This document shows positions 27,543 through 38,974 of a stretch of DNA of 64,000 nucleotides, one piece after another. A program made the position numbers and the translations under genes. The notes below the pieces were generated by a model. That model did no database searches, was not told the DNA's origin, and was given only the letters and a program-made list of their open reading frames with translations. The stretch comes from an uncultured Thiothrix sp. GTDB lineage: Bacteria; Pseudomonadota; Gammaproteobacteria; Thiotrichales; Thiotrichaceae. How positions within the stretch are numbered: position 1 is the first letter of the stretch; each line of letters begins with the position of its first letter. Location of the stretch: positions 6,038-70,037 of the forward strand of contig CAYNNA010000002.1 in the NCBI GenBank assembly GCA_964398375.1, written 5' to 3'.

Positions 27543-29594
27543 TCAAGCATCCGCTGGGGCAGGAATAGTCGTTCTTGCCAGCTTCCCCCCGGTACGCAGA
27601 ATATTCTCCACCTCTCGGAAACACTCTGCCTTGCCCCCCTCAAGCACCAACACATCATCGGCTTGCAAGGAAATATCAGCAGAAGGCTCTTCACCACGAA
27701 TATCACCACGCCGCAATGCTTTAATGCATACCGCAAAACGTTCCAACTCTAGCGCTGCAATCCGTTTACCCGTGGCATAGTCCCCCTCTCGTAACCTAAC
27801 GGTGTGCAAAAATGCCTCGGTTTTCTTGCCCACTTGCAAGGTATTATCGCGCTCACCGTGGTAATAACTGTGCAAGGCACGGTAACTGTCACCGCGTATT
27901 TTTTCCGTCATTTGAAACACTTCATCGGGGCTGAAACCGAGTTGCTCCACAATGCGTTGGGTAATCATCAGGGTGGCTTCTAACGTTTCCGGTAACACAC
28001 TGGTTGCGCCCAAGCGCATCAAGGTTTGCAGGTGACGTTCATCACGGGTACGTACCAATACCGGAATATCAGCGTGCTTAAGACGCACTGCCTCAATGAT
28101 ACGTTTGGCGACCTCGACCTCTATCACCGTAATCACCACCATACGGGCGCGTTCCAAACCCGCCGCGATCAAGATTTCCGGGCGAGTTGCATCAGCATAA
28201 TGCACCGGATCGCCTGCCTCCCACGTCCTTTCCACAATGCTAGGGTCAAGATCCAGCGCAATATACGGCACACCTTGTTCTTGCAAAAAACGGGCAATAT
28301 TCTGCCCCATCCGGCGATAACCACAGAGAATTACATGATTTTCCACCTCATTGACGGCACTACTGACTTCTTCTGCCTCTTTAAAACGCTGGTGCGTATA
28401 AGTATCCGCCAACAGAACATTCGTAATTTTCTCGTTATAGCGAATCAAAAACGGCGAAATCGCCATACTAATCACAATCGCAGCCAAGGTCGTTTGCGCT
28501 TCACCCGGTGACATCACCTTATTGCTTAACGCCAAAGCCAGCAAGGCAAACCCAAATTCGCCCCCTTGCGCCAACACCAGCCCCGTGCGCAACGAAGTCG
28601 CATTATTTTTCACAAAAAACCGGGTTAGCACCGCAATCAGCAAGCCTTTGCCCACAATCAAACCTAATACCAGCAGCAATACCGGCAGCCACAATGAAGG
28701 CAGGATGGCGAGATCCAATTTCGTCCCCACCGTGATGAAAAAGATACCCATCAAAATATCGCGGAAAGGCCGTATTTCACTTTCGATCTGGTGCTTGTAC
28801 TCGGTTTCACTCAGCAACATCCCAGCTAAAAACGCCCCCAGAGCCAATGACAAACTCATGGATTGCGTCAACCAAGCCGCAGTCAGAGCCACCAACAGTA
28901 CAGTAATATTAAACAACTCGACCGATTCGGTACGCGAGACATATTGAAACAATGGGCGCAAGGTATAACGCCCAATCAGTAACATGCCAAAAAACAATAC
29001 CCCGCCGATGATCACGTAAAATAGTAATTGGAGCGTATTTATCTCCAACTCTGCACCACCAGCCATCAGTGGAATCATGACCAAAAAGGGAACGACTGCA
29101 ATGTCCTGAAACAATAAAATCCCTAAGGCTGACTGCCCGTGCGGCGCTCGCATTTCCGCCTGATCCGTCAATTGCTTAACCACAATTGCAGTCGACGACA
29201 TCGCCATCGCGCCACCAGCCACCAAAGCACTTTGCCAAGACACGCCAAAGTAGGACAAAATCATCACGCCTGACAAGGTAGAAATCAATACCTGTAAACC
29301 GCCCAAACCGATGATCGTGGTGCGCATCGCCATGAATTGTTTCAGTGAAAATTCCAGCCCAATCGCGAACAGCAGGAACACCACACCCACCTCGCCCATA
29401 AATTCAAGACTTGCATTTTCTGGGATAAACGCCAGACCATGCCCCCCCATGACGATGCCTACCAATAGGTAGCCAAGAATCGGTGGTAAATGTAAAGTAC
29501 GGAATGCAGCGACTGCACCAACGGACACGACCAGCAATAATAAGATGCTTTCTAAGAGTCCAGCCCCGTGTTGTAATGTTTCATGCTCAACCAA
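27543..29594 (-). CDS. CPA2-family monovalent cation:proton antiporter with TrkA-N and TrkA-C domains (KefB/C-like)
   Basis: GVVFLLFAIGLEFS, LLFQDI, LGAFLAG.LLSE..Y.HQ.E..I.PF, LAQGGEF, HVILCGY.RMG, YADATR. Confidence 0.92.
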   Translation of the reverse strand: MVEHETLQHGAGLLESILLLLVVSVGAVAAFRTLHLPPILGYLLVGIVMGGHGLAFIPENASLEFMGEVGVVFLLFAIGLEFSLKQFMAMRTTIIGLGGLQVLISTLSGVMILSYFGVSWQSALVAGGAMAMSSTAIVVKQLTDQAEMRAPHGQSALGILLFQDIAVVPFLVMIPLMAGGAELEINTLQLLFYVIIGGVLFFGMLLIGRYTLRPLFQYVSRTESVELFNITVLLVALTAAWLTQSMSLSLALGAFLAGMLLSETEYKHQIESEIRPFRDILMGIFFITVGTKLDLAILPSLWLPVLLLVLGLIVGKGLLIAVLTRFFVKNNATSLRTGLVLAQGGEFGFALLALALSNKVMSPGEAQTTLAAIVISMAISPFLIRYNEKITNVLLADTYTHQRFKEAEEVSSAVNEVENHVILCGYRRMGQNIARFLQEQGVPYIALDLDPSIVERTWEAGDPVHYADATRPEILIAAGLERARMVVITVIEVEVAKRIIEAVRLKHADIPVLVRTRDERHLQTLMRLGATSVLPETLEATLMITQRIVEQLGFSPDEVFQMTEKIRGDSYRALHSYYHGERDNTLQVGKKTEAFLHTVRLREGDYATGKRIAALELERFAVCIKALRRGDIRGEEPSADISLQADDVLVLEGGKAECFREVENILRTGGKLARTTIPAPADA

Positions 29595-29706
29595 AGAATG
29601 AATCCCCCTACAATGTCATGACCAAAAGTTGTTAAATCGTTTTGTTGAGTATACGAGGTTCTGACCCTATACACACGGTATCGGTTCAGTTCTTATCCAA
29701 GTTCAA

Positions 29707-30147
29707 GTGCAATCATTCATGAAAAAAATCGCAAACAGGTCGTCATTAATAAGCTATTTATGGGTAGCGCCCATCACTGTTTGGTGTTTACCGTTAGCGT
29801 TATTGGCAAAATGGACTGGCGGTGGTTACGCCTTACACACCGGCGTCTTAGAAATTTGGGGCGGCTGGGTGGGGCGCTGGTTAGCGCGTGGCATTCCCTT
29901 TCTCGGTGCGGTAAATGCCATTACTGTCGGGCATTGCGTTGCTGGTGTTTCCCCCCAACACTTGCACAGCAGTCGAGTGCATGAACGGGTGCATGTGGAA
30001 CAATTCGAGCGCTGGGGTTGCTTATTCCCCTTCGTGTATTTTATCGCCGGGGTACGGGCGCAACAACGCGGCGGTAGCTTCTATTGGGATAACCCTTACG
30101 AAATCGAAGCCCGCGCCAGAGCTGCCGCCGCAACAGGGAAGTATTAG
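29707..30147 (+). CDS. Hypothetical membrane-associated protein with HExxH motif
   Basis: AITVGH.V, HERVHVEQ, Y.DNP.E.EA. Start uncertain (GTG 29707 or ATG 29719). Confidence 0.65.
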   Translation: MQSFMKKIANRSSLISYLWVAPITVWCLPLALLAKWTGGGYALHTGVLEIWGGWVGRWLARGIPFLGAVNAITVGHCVAGVSPQHLHSSRVHERVHVEQFERWGCLFPFVYFIAGVRAQQRGGSFYWDNPYEIEARARAAAATGKY

Positions 30148-30150
30148 TAC

Positions 30151-31896
30151 ATGGATATTATTTTTCGCGAATATGGCGCAATCATCCGCCAGAAATGGGG
30201 CTGGTTTGTCGTCGTTATGATCGGTATTACCGGCGGTGCGGGGCTGGAGCTATTGGTACCGCTATATTACAAAGAAATTGCTAATGGCTTGTCCAAAACC
30301 TTCACAGAGAATACGCATCACACACTGCTGCAAAATCTGACCTACATCGCCATGACTTACGGCGTTATTTGGCTGAGTTGGCGAGCGCTGGAACTGGGCA
30401 TGATCATGTTTCAAAGCTGGGGGCTAAACAAACTCGATAAACGCTGTTTTGATGTGCTGGTAAAACAACGTGCCCATTTTTTCGAGAACAATTTTGCGGG
30501 CAGCTTGGTCAAGCAAGCCAACCGTTTCATCAAAGCGTTTGAAACCATTATCGACTGGATGATTTTTCAGTTTTACGGCAATTTGCTGCAAATCACGCTC
30601 GCCTTCATTATTTTTTACCAGCAACAACCCACGTTTGCACTGTATTTTCTGATTTGGGTTGCCATCTTTTTGGGCTGGAGCGGTGGCTTTCTGGTGTGGA
30701 AATTGAGATTCGACCTGCGTGTTGCGGCGATGGATTCCAAACTTGGCGGCGCGTATGCCGATGGCATTAGCAATATTGCCATTGTCAAAAGCTTTGCACT
30801 GGAACAACACGAACGTGCGAATATCGGCGCACTGGCGGATGAATCCTACCGCGCCCGCAATGTCGCTTGGCTGTTGACCTTCGTCTCGTTTGCCGTGCAA
30901 AGCACGCTGGTTTTCGGCATTGAATTGCTGCTGATTTACTGGATGATTGGCGAATGGCAAAACGGCGCATTCGAGATCGGTGAATTTGTGTTGTTCCAAA
31001 CCGTGCTGCTCATCCTGATCAAACACTTGTGGGATTTTGGGATGAATTTCCGACGCTTTTTCAACGTTCTGGCAGATGCACGCGAAATGGCAGACGTTTT
31101 TCGGCAAACCGATTTGGAAGACGATCGCGCAGATATGCCAACCCACACCATTACACAAGGCGACATTCGCTTTGAGCAACTGGGGTTTGCGTATGGCAAA
31201 GCGGATAAGCCAGTCGGCTTGTTTAACGGTTTCAATCTACACATCCGACCCGGTGAAAAAGTGGCTCTGGTCGGGCATTCTGGCTCAGGTAAAACCTCGC
31301 TGACCAAATTGCTGTTTCGTTTTGTTGACCCGCAGCAAGGTAGAATTTTGTTCGATGGCGTGGATGCTACGGAATTTTCATTGGCTTCATTACGCTCACA
31401 AATTTCGCTGGTTCCGCAGCAACCGGATCTGTTTCACCGCAGCATCCGCGACAATATTGCACTGGGCAAAGACATCCCCGATGAGGCGGTGCGTGAAGTC
31501 GCCCGTAAAGCCCGTGCGCTGGATTTCATCGACAAACTGCCGCAAGGCTTTGACACGCTGGTGGGCGAACGTGGGGTGAAACTGTCCGGCGGTGAAAAAC
31601 AACGCATTGCGATTGCCCGCGCTTTTCTGGAAGATGCGCCCATTGTAGTGCTGGATGAAGCCACCAGTGCCTTGGATTCACTCACCGAACAGCAAATTCA
31701 AATCGCTATTTTCGAGCTGATCGAGCGAAAAACCGCGATTGTGATTGCGCACCGGCTGGCAACCATTCTGCGCATGGATAGAATCATTGTGTTGGAAAAT
31801 GGCGAGATTATCGAACAAGGCACGCACAACGAATTACTGGCATTGCGCGGCAAATACTTTGAAATGTGGCAACACCAAAGTGGGGAATTCCTGTAA
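30151..31896 (+). CDS. ABC exporter (fused TMD + NBD)
   Basis: Multiple TM helices; GHSGSGKT, LSGGEKQRIAIARA, LDEATSALD, IAHRL. Confidence 0.95.
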   Translation: MDIIFREYGAIIRQKWGWFVVVMIGITGGAGLELLVPLYYKEIANGLSKTFTENTHHTLLQNLTYIAMTYGVIWLSWRALELGMIMFQSWGLNKLDKRCFDVLVKQRAHFFENNFAGSLVKQANRFIKAFETIIDWMIFQFYGNLLQITLAFIIFYQQQPTFALYFLIWVAIFLGWSGGFLVWKLRFDLRVAAMDSKLGGAYADGISNIAIVKSFALEQHERANIGALADESYRARNVAWLLTFVSFAVQSTLVFGIELLLIYWMIGEWQNGAFEIGEFVLFQTVLLILIKHLWDFGMNFRRFFNVLADAREMADVFRQTDLEDDRADMPTHTITQGDIRFEQLGFAYGKADKPVGLFNGFNLHIRPGEKVALVGHSGSGKTSLTKLLFRFVDPQQGRILFDGVDATEFSLASLRSQISLVPQQPDLFHRSIRDNIALGKDIPDEAVREVARKARALDFIDKLPQGFDTLVGERGVKLSGGEKQRIAIARAFLEDAPIVVLDEATSALDSLTEQQIQIAIFELIERKTAIVIAHRLATILRMDRIIVLENGEIIEQGTHNELLALRGKYFEMWQHQSGEFL

Positions 31897-31899
31897 CGC

Positions 31900-31928
31900 A
31901 AAAAGGCTGACGTTAAGTCAGCCTTTTT
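31900..31928. terminator. Bidirectional terminator
   Basis: A5-GGCTGAC-GTTAA-GTCAGCC-T5 between the convergent ABC gene and tRNA. Confidence 0.85.
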
Positions 31929-31936
31929 AAATGAGA

Positions 31937-32013
31937 TGGCGCATCCGGAAGGATTCGAACCTCCGACCACCTGGTTCGTAGCCAGGTACTCTATCCAACT
32001 GAGCTACGGATGC
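31937..32013 (-). tRNA. tRNA-Arg (ACG)
   Basis: GCATCCGTAGCTCAGTTGGATAGAGTACCTGGCTACGAACCAGG...GGTTCGAATCC...GGATGCGCCA, 77 nt with encoded CCA. Confidence 0.97.
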
Positions 32014-32029
32014 GCTGGAAGAGGTGCGC

Positions 32030-32058
32030 ATTATGCTAACTTGTTCAGAGTCGGTCAA
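32030..32058 (-). promoter_or_regulatory. tRNA-Arg sigma70 promoter
   Basis: TTGACC-17 nt-CATAAT followed by the GC-rich discriminator GCGCACC. Confidence 0.7.
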
Positions 32059-32156
32059 GCAAAATTTCAAAAAATTTTACCTATCTGGTATCTTTTTTCC
32101 GTGGCTAACCGATTACTGCTAAACTCTCCTGCTTAATCCAGCAGCCCCGACGAGCC

Positions 32157-34721
32157 ATGAGCAAAGAACAGCAACACACTCCCATGATGCAACAATACTT
32201 CCGAATCAAAGCGGAGTACCCCGACATCCTCCTGTTTTACCGCATGGGTGATTTTTACGAACTGTTCATGGATGACGCCAAAAAAGCCGCTGCCCTGCTC
32301 GACATCACCCTCACTGCACGCGGTGCAACAGCGGGCGAACCCATTCCAATGGCAGGTGTACCCTACCACGCCGTCGAACAATACCTCGCCAAACTCCTCA
32401 AAGTCGGCGAATCCGTCGCCATTTGCGAACAAGTCGGCGACCCTGCCAAATCCAAAGGCCCAGTCGAACGCAAAATCACCCGCCTGCTCACCCCCGGCAC
32501 TGTCACCGACGACTACCTCCTCGACGACCGCCGCGACAATTTGCTGGTAGCGATTGCCCGCAACGCAGACCGCTACGGCATCGCCGCCATCGACCTCAGC
32601 ACAGGGCGTTTCACCGTGCAAGAAGTCGATTCCGACACCACCCTGCACAATGAAATCGAACGCCTGCAACCCGCTGAAATCCTCCACGACGAAGACTGGA
32701 AACCCGCCTTCGCCCGCAACCGCATTTCCACCCCGCGTCCCCAATGGCACTTCGACCTCGACACTGCCAAACGCCTGCTGCTGCGTCAATTCGGGGTACA
32801 CGATCTTGACGGTTTCGGCTGCAATCACCTGCCGCTCGCGATTGCCGCTGCGGGTGCATTGCTCAATTACGTGCAAGAAACCCAGCGCACCGCCCTGCCC
32901 CATATCAACAGCCTCACGGTAGAACTCAGCGACGAAGGCATCATTCTCGACGCTGCCAGCCGCCGCAATCTGGAACTCGAATACAGCATCAGCGGTGAAC
33001 ACAAAAACACCCTGATCTCAGTGATCGACAAAACCGCCACCAGCATGGGCAGCCGTTTGCTACGCCGCTGGCTTAACAAGCCGTTGCGCGACCGTTTCAC
33101 CCTGCGCAACCGTCACCAAGCCGTCGGCGCATTGCTCGACCAATACCGTTACGAAACCTTGCTGGAAACCTTGCGCGGCATCGGCGACATCGAACGCATC
33201 GCTAGCCGCATCGCGCTGGGTTCAGCACGTCCGCGTGACCTGTCAACCCTGCGCAGCTCCTTGCACGTATTGCCGCGCATTCACGGTTTGATCGACACCA
33301 TCGACAACCCGCATATCCAGCAATTACAAAGCAATATCGACTTGCACGAATCACTGCGCTACCTGCTGGATTCCGCCATTATCGACAATCCGCCCGTGGT
33401 CATCCGCGACGGCGGCGTAATCGCCCCCGGTTTCGATGCCGAACTCGATGAATTGCGCAACTTAAGCGAAAACGCCGACCAATACCTGCTTGATCTCGAA
33501 GCCCGCGAAAAAGTCCGCACCGGCATCAACAACCTCAAAGTCGCCTACAACCGCGTCCACGGCTACTACGTCGAAATTCCGCAAAGTCAGTTGAGCCGGA
33601 TTCCCGCCGACTACATCCGCCGTCAAACCCTTAAAGGGGTGGAACGCTTCATTCTGCCTGAACTGAAAAAGTTTGAAGATAAGGTACTCTCCGCCCGCGA
33701 ACGCGCCCTTGCCCGCGAAAAAGCCATTTACGACAACCTATTAAGCGACTTACAGCAACACTTAAACCCCATTCGCAGTACCGCACAAGCTATCGCCGAA
33801 CTGGATGTATTGAGCAATTTTGCTGAACGCGCCAACACCCTGAATTACAACTGCCCCGCGCTGGTCGATGGTGCAGGTATTCAAATCGAAGGTGGACGGC
33901 ATCCAGTCGTAGAACGCACCCTCGACAACCCCTTCGTGCCAAACGACCTGTACATGGATTCGCGCCGCCGCATGTTGATGATCACCGGCCCGAATATGGG
34001 CGGAAAATCCACCTACATGCGCCAAGTCGCCCTGATCGTGTTGCTGGCACACATTGGCAGCTACGTCCCTGCGCAAACCGCCCGTCTTGGCAATATCGAC
34101 CGCATTTTCACCCGCATCGGCGCACACGATGATTTGAGTACCGGGCGTTCCACCTTCATGGTCGAAATGACCGAAGCCGCCAACATCCTCAACAACGCCA
34201 CCGCCCACAGTTTGGTATTAATGGACGAAATCGGGCGCGGAACCAGCACCTTTGACGGTTTGTCACTGGCATGGGCGATTGCGGAATTTCTTGCTCGTGA
34301 CCGCAAAGCATTCACCTTGTTCGCCACCCATTACTTCGAGCTGACCTCACTCGCCGAACAAATCAGCACGATTGCCAATGTGCATATCGACGCGGTGGAA
34401 CATGGCGACAAGATCGTGTTTTTACACGCGGTGAAAGACGGCCCTGCCAACCAAAGCTACGGCTTGCAAGTGGCGCAACTGGCAGGTGTTCCCAAAGGCG
34501 TGATTGCACAAGCAAAAAAGAAACTGGTGTCGTTGGAAAAACACAGCCAGCAAGCCCCACAACCGGGACAAACCCTGCCGCTAATGTTTGGCACGCCCGC
34601 TGAACCGAGAGATGAAGTCGCCGAAAAAGTGAAAGCGGCACTCGCCGCTGTAGACCCGGATGAACTCACCCCACGTCAAGCGCTAGACGAGTTGTATCGG
34701 TTAAGGAAATTACTGAAATAA
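32157..34721 (+). CDS. mutS: DNA mismatch repair protein MutS
   Basis: [69 protein letters not shown]. Confidence 0.99.
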   Translation: MSKEQQHTPMMQQYFRIKAEYPDILLFYRMGDFYELFMDDAKKAAALLDITLTARGATAGEPIPMAGVPYHAVEQYLAKLLKVGESVAICEQVGDPAKSKGPVERKITRLLTPGTVTDDYLLDDRRDNLLVAIARNADRYGIAAIDLSTGRFTVQEVDSDTTLHNEIERLQPAEILHDEDWKPAFARNRISTPRPQWHFDLDTAKRLLLRQFGVHDLDGFGCNHLPLAIAAAGALLNYVQETQRTALPHINSLTVELSDEGIILDAASRRNLELEYSISGEHKNTLISVIDKTATSMGSRLLRRWLNKPLRDRFTLRNRHQAVGALLDQYRYETLLETLRGIGDIERIASRIALGSARPRDLSTLRSSLHVLPRIHGLIDTIDNPHIQQLQSNIDLHESLRYLLDSAIIDNPPVVIRDGGVIAPGFDAELDELRNLSENADQYLLDLEAREKVRTGINNLKVAYNRVHGYYVEIPQSQLSRIPADYIRRQTLKGVERFILPELKKFEDKVLSARERALAREKAIYDNLLSDLQQHLNPIRSTAQAIAELDVLSNFAERANTLNYNCPALVDGAGIQIEGGRHPVVERTLDNPFVPNDLYMDSRRRMLMITGPNMGGKSTYMRQVALIVLLAHIGSYVPAQTARLGNIDRIFTRIGAHDDLSTGRSTFMVEMTEAANILNNATAHSLVLMDEIGRGTSTFDGLSLAWAIAEFLARDRKAFTLFATHYFELTSLAEQISTIANVHIDAVEHGDKIVFLHAVKDGPANQSYGLQVAQLAGVPKGVIAQAKKKLVSLEKHSQQAPQPGQTLPLMFGTPAEPRDEVAEKVKAALAAVDPDELTPRQALDELYRLRKLLK

Positions 34722-34723
34722 CG

Positions 34724-34774
34724 CCCTTCACCCCTTGCGGGGGAAGGGTTGGGGATGGGGGGAATTCTTCCCCC
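34724..34774. repeat. Single REP-like unit related to the 5937-6041 element
   Basis: CCCTTCACCC-CTTGC-GGGGGAAGGG-TTGGGGATGGGG between the mutS and dsbC stops. Confidence 0.7.
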
Positions 34775-35515
34775 TTACTTCGCCGCTGCCGCTTTCGCGT
34801 CATCCAGCATTTTGGCTAACTGATCCGCCGGGCGATACCCTAGAATCATTGTGCCATCCAATGTCAGCAACGCGGGTGTGCCATTCACACCCAACTTTTG
34901 ACCGAGTTCAAAGTGTTCAGCGACTGGGTTAGCACATTCTTTATCGGGCAACACTTTACCTTCATTTTTTACTTGATCCATTGCAGCGAGCTTATCGTCC
35001 GCACACCAAATATTCGCCATCTTTTTGTAAGCCGGTGAACCCACGCCTGCACGCGGATACGCCAAATAGCGCACAGTCACGCCTTTTTCGTTCAGTGCTG
35101 GCACTTCTTTATGCAATTTCACGCAGAATGGACAATCAACGTCAGTGAAAGAATACAACACGTGCTTTTCTTCACCTTTGGCTTTAAATTCAACACTCTT
35201 ACTTACGTCGATAGTTTTAACAATAGCCACCCGATCAGCCGCACGAGATGCTTCCGTCAGGCTGGATTTGTTTTGTGCATCAATCAAATCACCAACAAAT
35301 ACGTAACGCGCATCGCCACTCACGTAAATGATTTCGCCGCCAAATTTGGCTTCAAACATGCCCGGTACGGGAGTCGCCTTTAACGAGTCAGGGGCGCTGC
35401 CACCAAACATGGGTTTCATTTTATCGCCCAGATCCGCAGGCACATCGTCAGCCATTGCCCCGGTTGTTGCGAGCGCAACACTGATCAGTGCGCCCAGAAT
35501 CATTTTTTTGTACAT
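34775..35515 (-). CDS. dsbC: Thiol:disulfide isomerase DsbC
   Basis: Signal peptide; FTDVDCPFC..LH; YLAYPRAG; GV.GTP; downstream of xerD. Confidence 0.92.
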   Translation of the reverse strand: MYKKMILGALISVALATTGAMADDVPADLGDKMKPMFGGSAPDSLKATPVPGMFEAKFGGEIIYVSGDARYVFVGDLIDAQNKSSLTEASRAADRVAIVKTIDVSKSVEFKAKGEEKHVLYSFTDVDCPFCVKLHKEVPALNEKGVTVRYLAYPRAGVGSPAYKKMANIWCADDKLAAMDQVKNEGKVLPDKECANPVAEHFELGQKLGVNGTPALLTLDGTMILGYRPADQLAKMLDDAKAAAAK

Positions 35516-35635
35516 GGTTTCTCTATTCCTGAATGAAAATTTTACCGTAAAAATGCTTATTCTTTAATCAGATAGTGGATAATACCTTATCATGGCTGAC
35601 TGTAGCGTGTATACGATTCCCCACATTACAGTCCC

Positions 35636-36574
35636 TTAACTACGCGGGTGATGCTGGCGATGCAAATCCTGCAACCGCGCCTGCGCGACATGCGTGTAAA
35701 TTTGCGTGGTGGAAAGATCACTATGCCCCAACAACATTTGTACCACGCGCAAATCCGCCCCATGATTCAACAAATGAGTCGCAAAGGCATGGCGCAAGGT
35801 ATGCGGGGAAATACTACGCACAATGCCCGCTGCGAACGCATAGCGCTGAATCAGCACCCAAAACATCTGCCGCGTCATGCCGCTGCCGCGAGTGGTCACA
35901 AATACTTGCTCAGCAATATCCTTGCCGTGCATCAACACCGGGCGGGCCTCGCTCAAATAGGTTTGTATCCAATCGTGGGCTTCTTCCCCCATTGGCACCA
36001 GACGTTCCTTATTGCCTTTGCCAGTAATACGAATCACGCCATTGGGCAGGGAAATTTCATTCAACCGAATCCCCACCAATTCCGACACCCGCAAGCCGGT
36101 GGCATACAACAACTCCAACATCGCCCGATCCCGCAACCCCAGCGGGCTGGCAATATCCGGCGCTTGCAATAAGGCATCGACTTCAGCTTCTGACAAGGTA
36201 TGCGGTAAATGCCTGCCTTGTTTGGGCGCCTCAATCTGTGCCGTTGGGTCATCTTTGCGCAAGTTTTCGCGTACTTGCCAGCGGTAAAAACGCCGCAAGC
36301 TGGATAGTAAACGGGCGGTGGTTGCCGCCTTCGCACCTTCGCGCACCCGAATCGCTAAGTATTCGAGCAAATCCCCCCGATCGGCTTGATCCAGCACCAC
36401 ACCGCGTTCGTCCAACCAATGGCACAACATCCGTAAATCACGTTCGTAACTCGCCAAAGTATTACGGCTCACTCCGCGTTCCGACCAAAAAGCGTCCAAA
36501 AAACGGTCAATTAACGTCTGGTTCAGGCATTTTATTCGCATGATAGCGGGTAGGGATTTTTTTTCAGGTTTCAT
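35636..36574 (-). CDS. xerD: Site-specific tyrosine recombinase XerD
   Basis: LRDRAMLELLYATGLRVSEL, GKGNKERLVP, SPHTLRHAFATHLLNHGADLRVVQMLLGHSDLSTTQIYTHV. Start 36574 or 36541. Confidence 0.95.
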   Translation of the reverse strand: MKPEKKSLPAIMRIKCLNQTLIDRFLDAFWSERGVSRNTLASYERDLRMLCHWLDERGVVLDQADRGDLLEYLAIRVREGAKAATTARLLSSLRRFYRWQVRENLRKDDPTAQIEAPKQGRHLPHTLSEAEVDALLQAPDIASPLGLRDRAMLELLYATGLRVSELVGIRLNEISLPNGVIRITGKGNKERLVPMGEEAHDWIQTYLSEARPVLMHGKDIAEQVFVTTRGSGMTRQMFWVLIQRYAFAAGIVRSISPHTLRHAFATHLLNHGADLRVVQMLLGHSDLSTTQIYTHVAQARLQDLHRQHHPRS

Positions 36575-36635
36575 GGTCTTATTACGAGAGAGTGAAAAAT
36601 GAACAAACTCTACTAATATCCAAAGGGCTAAAATA

Positions 36636-37874
36636 ATGACTAATAATGAATACCAGAGCATGGCGATGAGCCATTACATGCTGCGAGAATTTCAAGAACA
36701 ATGCAAGCAGCAGGAAGCCGCCAAGCAAGCTGACGACCTCAAGCTTGAATACCAGCAATTCAACCAAGAAGTGCTGACTTACCCTATTTTCTCTAATCAT
36801 GCCTGTGGCAACCACGATGCCAAGGAATTGCTGAGCACGGGTTCGGAAGAAGCCTATTGTGAACGCTGGCGTTTTTTCTACGATGCTGATCCTTGGAAAT
36901 TGCCGCAGATTGCTTACCAGCAACAAATGGATACGCAGCTTGCCGCACTGAAACAACGTTTATTTACACTCAATTCGCCGCGTCTGGTGTTATTTTCCGC
37001 TACATTCATCATCATTATTTTGCTGGTGATGCGTGGGCATTTCCTCTTGCCAGCGCTACCCATTCTGGCATTGGCATGGTATTGGCGGGTGTCGGAACAC
37101 AAGATACAGGCAACGCAACAAGCCCTACAACAACACCTTGATAAGATGCAAGCCTTGGATGTGCAAGCAGAAGGCATCGCCCATCAGCTTGAAAGCCTAC
37201 CGCCACCAACCGGTTTGGCACAACTACACGCGGATTATCGCCAAGCGGTGAAGGAATTATTTCAAAATACCTTGCAACAGGTGCTGCCACCGTCAGAGTG
37301 CCAAGATTTATCCAAGACCTTGCAGCAACAACGCTGGGAAGGCTTTATCACCGAAAGTTGGGGTTATTTGCAACTGCCATTAGCCGCGCAGCAACACAGC
37401 GCCATCAAACACACGTTATTGGATGCCGCCCACATTCCGCTCATCGCGCTACAAGATGACCCACATGGGCGCAAAGGACACAGCTTATTCCGGGTGCAAT
37501 ACCTGCATATCTGGATTTTAACGCAGCGTGGTTTAGTGATGCGGCAAGGGTATTTTGACCGGGTAGCCAAGCAATTTTTGTTTGAGCAACAAGAATTCTA
37601 CCCGTACAAGCAGTTGACACACTGGGAACTCACCGAGCAAACCTTGCCAGAAGAACCGTTGCTCAAACAGCGCTTACCTCCACACCTCTATCAACGCTAT
37701 TTCGAGCAACCGGTCAGCATTTTATCCCTCAAAACCGTGAGCGGCAAAACACACGAATGCGCCACACTACCCCTGAACGAACGCCCTTTCCAACAACGCG
37801 AGTGGCAGGAACGTTACGGGCTGGACATCGATATGCAACGCCTGAGCCGTTGCTTACACCAACGTTTGTATTAA
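36636..37874 (+). CDS. Hypothetical membrane protein (412 aa)
   Basis: Long ORF; hydrophobic hairpin at about aa 115-150; Gln-rich coiled segments; no motif recognised. Confidence 0.65.
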   Translation: MTNNEYQSMAMSHYMLREFQEQCKQQEAAKQADDLKLEYQQFNQEVLTYPIFSNHACGNHDAKELLSTGSEEAYCERWRFFYDADPWKLPQIAYQQQMDTQLAALKQRLFTLNSPRLVLFSATFIIIILLVMRGHFLLPALPILALAWYWRVSEHKIQATQQALQQHLDKMQALDVQAEGIAHQLESLPPPTGLAQLHADYRQAVKELFQNTLQQVLPPSECQDLSKTLQQQRWEGFITESWGYLQLPLAAQQHSAIKHTLLDAAHIPLIALQDDPHGRKGHSLFRVQYLHIWILTQRGLVMRQGYFDRVAKQFLFEQQEFYPYKQLTHWELTEQTLPEEPLLKQRLPPHLYQRYFEQPVSILSLKTVSGKTHECATLPLNERPFQQREWQERYGLDIDMQRLSRCLHQRLY

Positions 37875-38911
37875 GCAGCCATTAGCGCCGCAATCTGCGC
37901 TGCGTCGGGCTTCAAAATAACGCCTTTTTCGGTGACTAAGGCATCGACTAAGGCAGCGGGTGTGACATCAAACGCCGGGTTCCAAGCCTGAGCATGGTGC
38001 GCTGCAACCCGCTGATTATTCACGTTTAACACCTCATCCTGAGAACGTTCTTCAATGGTAATATCATTCCCGTTCAAGGTAGCAAGATCTATGGTGCTGG
38101 TCGGCGCAACCACCATGAATTTCACCCCATGATAACGCGCATTCACCGCCAGACTGTAAGTGCCGATTTTATTCGCCACATCACCATTCGCCGCAATCCG
38201 GTCTGAACCAACGATGACCCATGAAACCTTGCCCTGTTTCATCAAATGCGCAGCAGCACCGTCACACAACAAATGCGCGGGGATTTTATCTTTGATCAAT
38301 TCCCAAGCGGTCAAACGTGAACCTTGCCACCAAGGGCGGGTTTCATCCGCATACACGTGTTCGATTTTACCGCTGCTGTAAGCACTGCGAATCACACCCA
38401 ATGCCGTGCCATACCCCCCCGTTGCCAGCGATCCGGTATTGCAATGGGTTAACACCCCGTGCGACGGCTGAATTAACGCACTGCCCAATTCACCCATGCG
38501 GTAATTAGCGTTAATGTCATCTTGATGAATTTGCTGTGCCAATGCCAATAGCGGCTCTTCTGGGTCGCCATCCACAGCATCGGCTAAATCGCACATGCGC
38601 TTTAATGCCCACATGAGATTCACAGCAGTTGGGCGGGAATTTTGCAATAGGTCAATTTCAACACGCAAACGCTTGCGCCAATCTTGCGGGTACTGCTTGT
38701 AACATTTGCGAGCTGCCATCGCGGCGGCATACGCTGCGGCAATGCCAATAGCTGGTGCGCCACGTACCACCATGTTGCGGATAGCTTCAGCCGTATCCTC
38801 TGCGCTGTACAACTGCACAAACTGCTCGTTATGCGGCAGTTTACGCTGGTCAAGCAGCACCAAATGATTGTCTTTCCATTCTACGGCACGGATCGAATCG
38901 TGTTGACTCAT
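37871..38911 (-). CDS. mtnA: S-methyl-5-thioribose-1-phosphate isomerase
   Basis: [58 protein letters not shown]. Confidence 0.96.
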   Translation of the reverse strand: MSQHDSIRAVEWKDNHLVLLDQRKLPHNEQFVQLYSAEDTAEAIRNMVVRGAPAIGIAAAYAAAMAARKCYKQYPQDWRKRLRVEIDLLQNSRPTAVNLMWALKRMCDLADAVDGDPEEPLLALAQQIHQDDINANYRMGELGSALIQPSHGVLTHCNTGSLATGGYGTALGVIRSAYSSGKIEHVYADETRPWWQGSRLTAWELIKDKIPAHLLCDGAAAHLMKQGKVSWVIVGSDRIAANGDVANKIGTYSLAVNARYHGVKFMVVAPTSTIDLATLNGNDITIEERSQDEVLNVNNQRVAAHHAQAWNPAFDVTPAALVDALVTEKGVILKPDAAQIAALMAA

Positions 38912-38974
38912 GATGATTTTCAGCATAAATAGGTTGCTTTACCGTGGCAATCTTACAACACCCAATGGCACATA

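Noticed and set aside
32133-33002. 289-aa antisense ORF over the 5' half of mutS
   Set aside because: Shadow of the C-rich third-position codon bias of mutS; no protein motifs.
32157-33100. C-rich codon usage in mutS as a sign of horizontal transfer
   Set aside because: Similar bias is visible in ubiG, rlmD and the exonuclease; cannot be quantified by eye.
36575-36661. Hydrophobic 29-aa N-terminal extension of XerD in the ORF track
   Set aside because: Overlaps the divergent gene; XerD homology starts after ATG 36574 or 36541.
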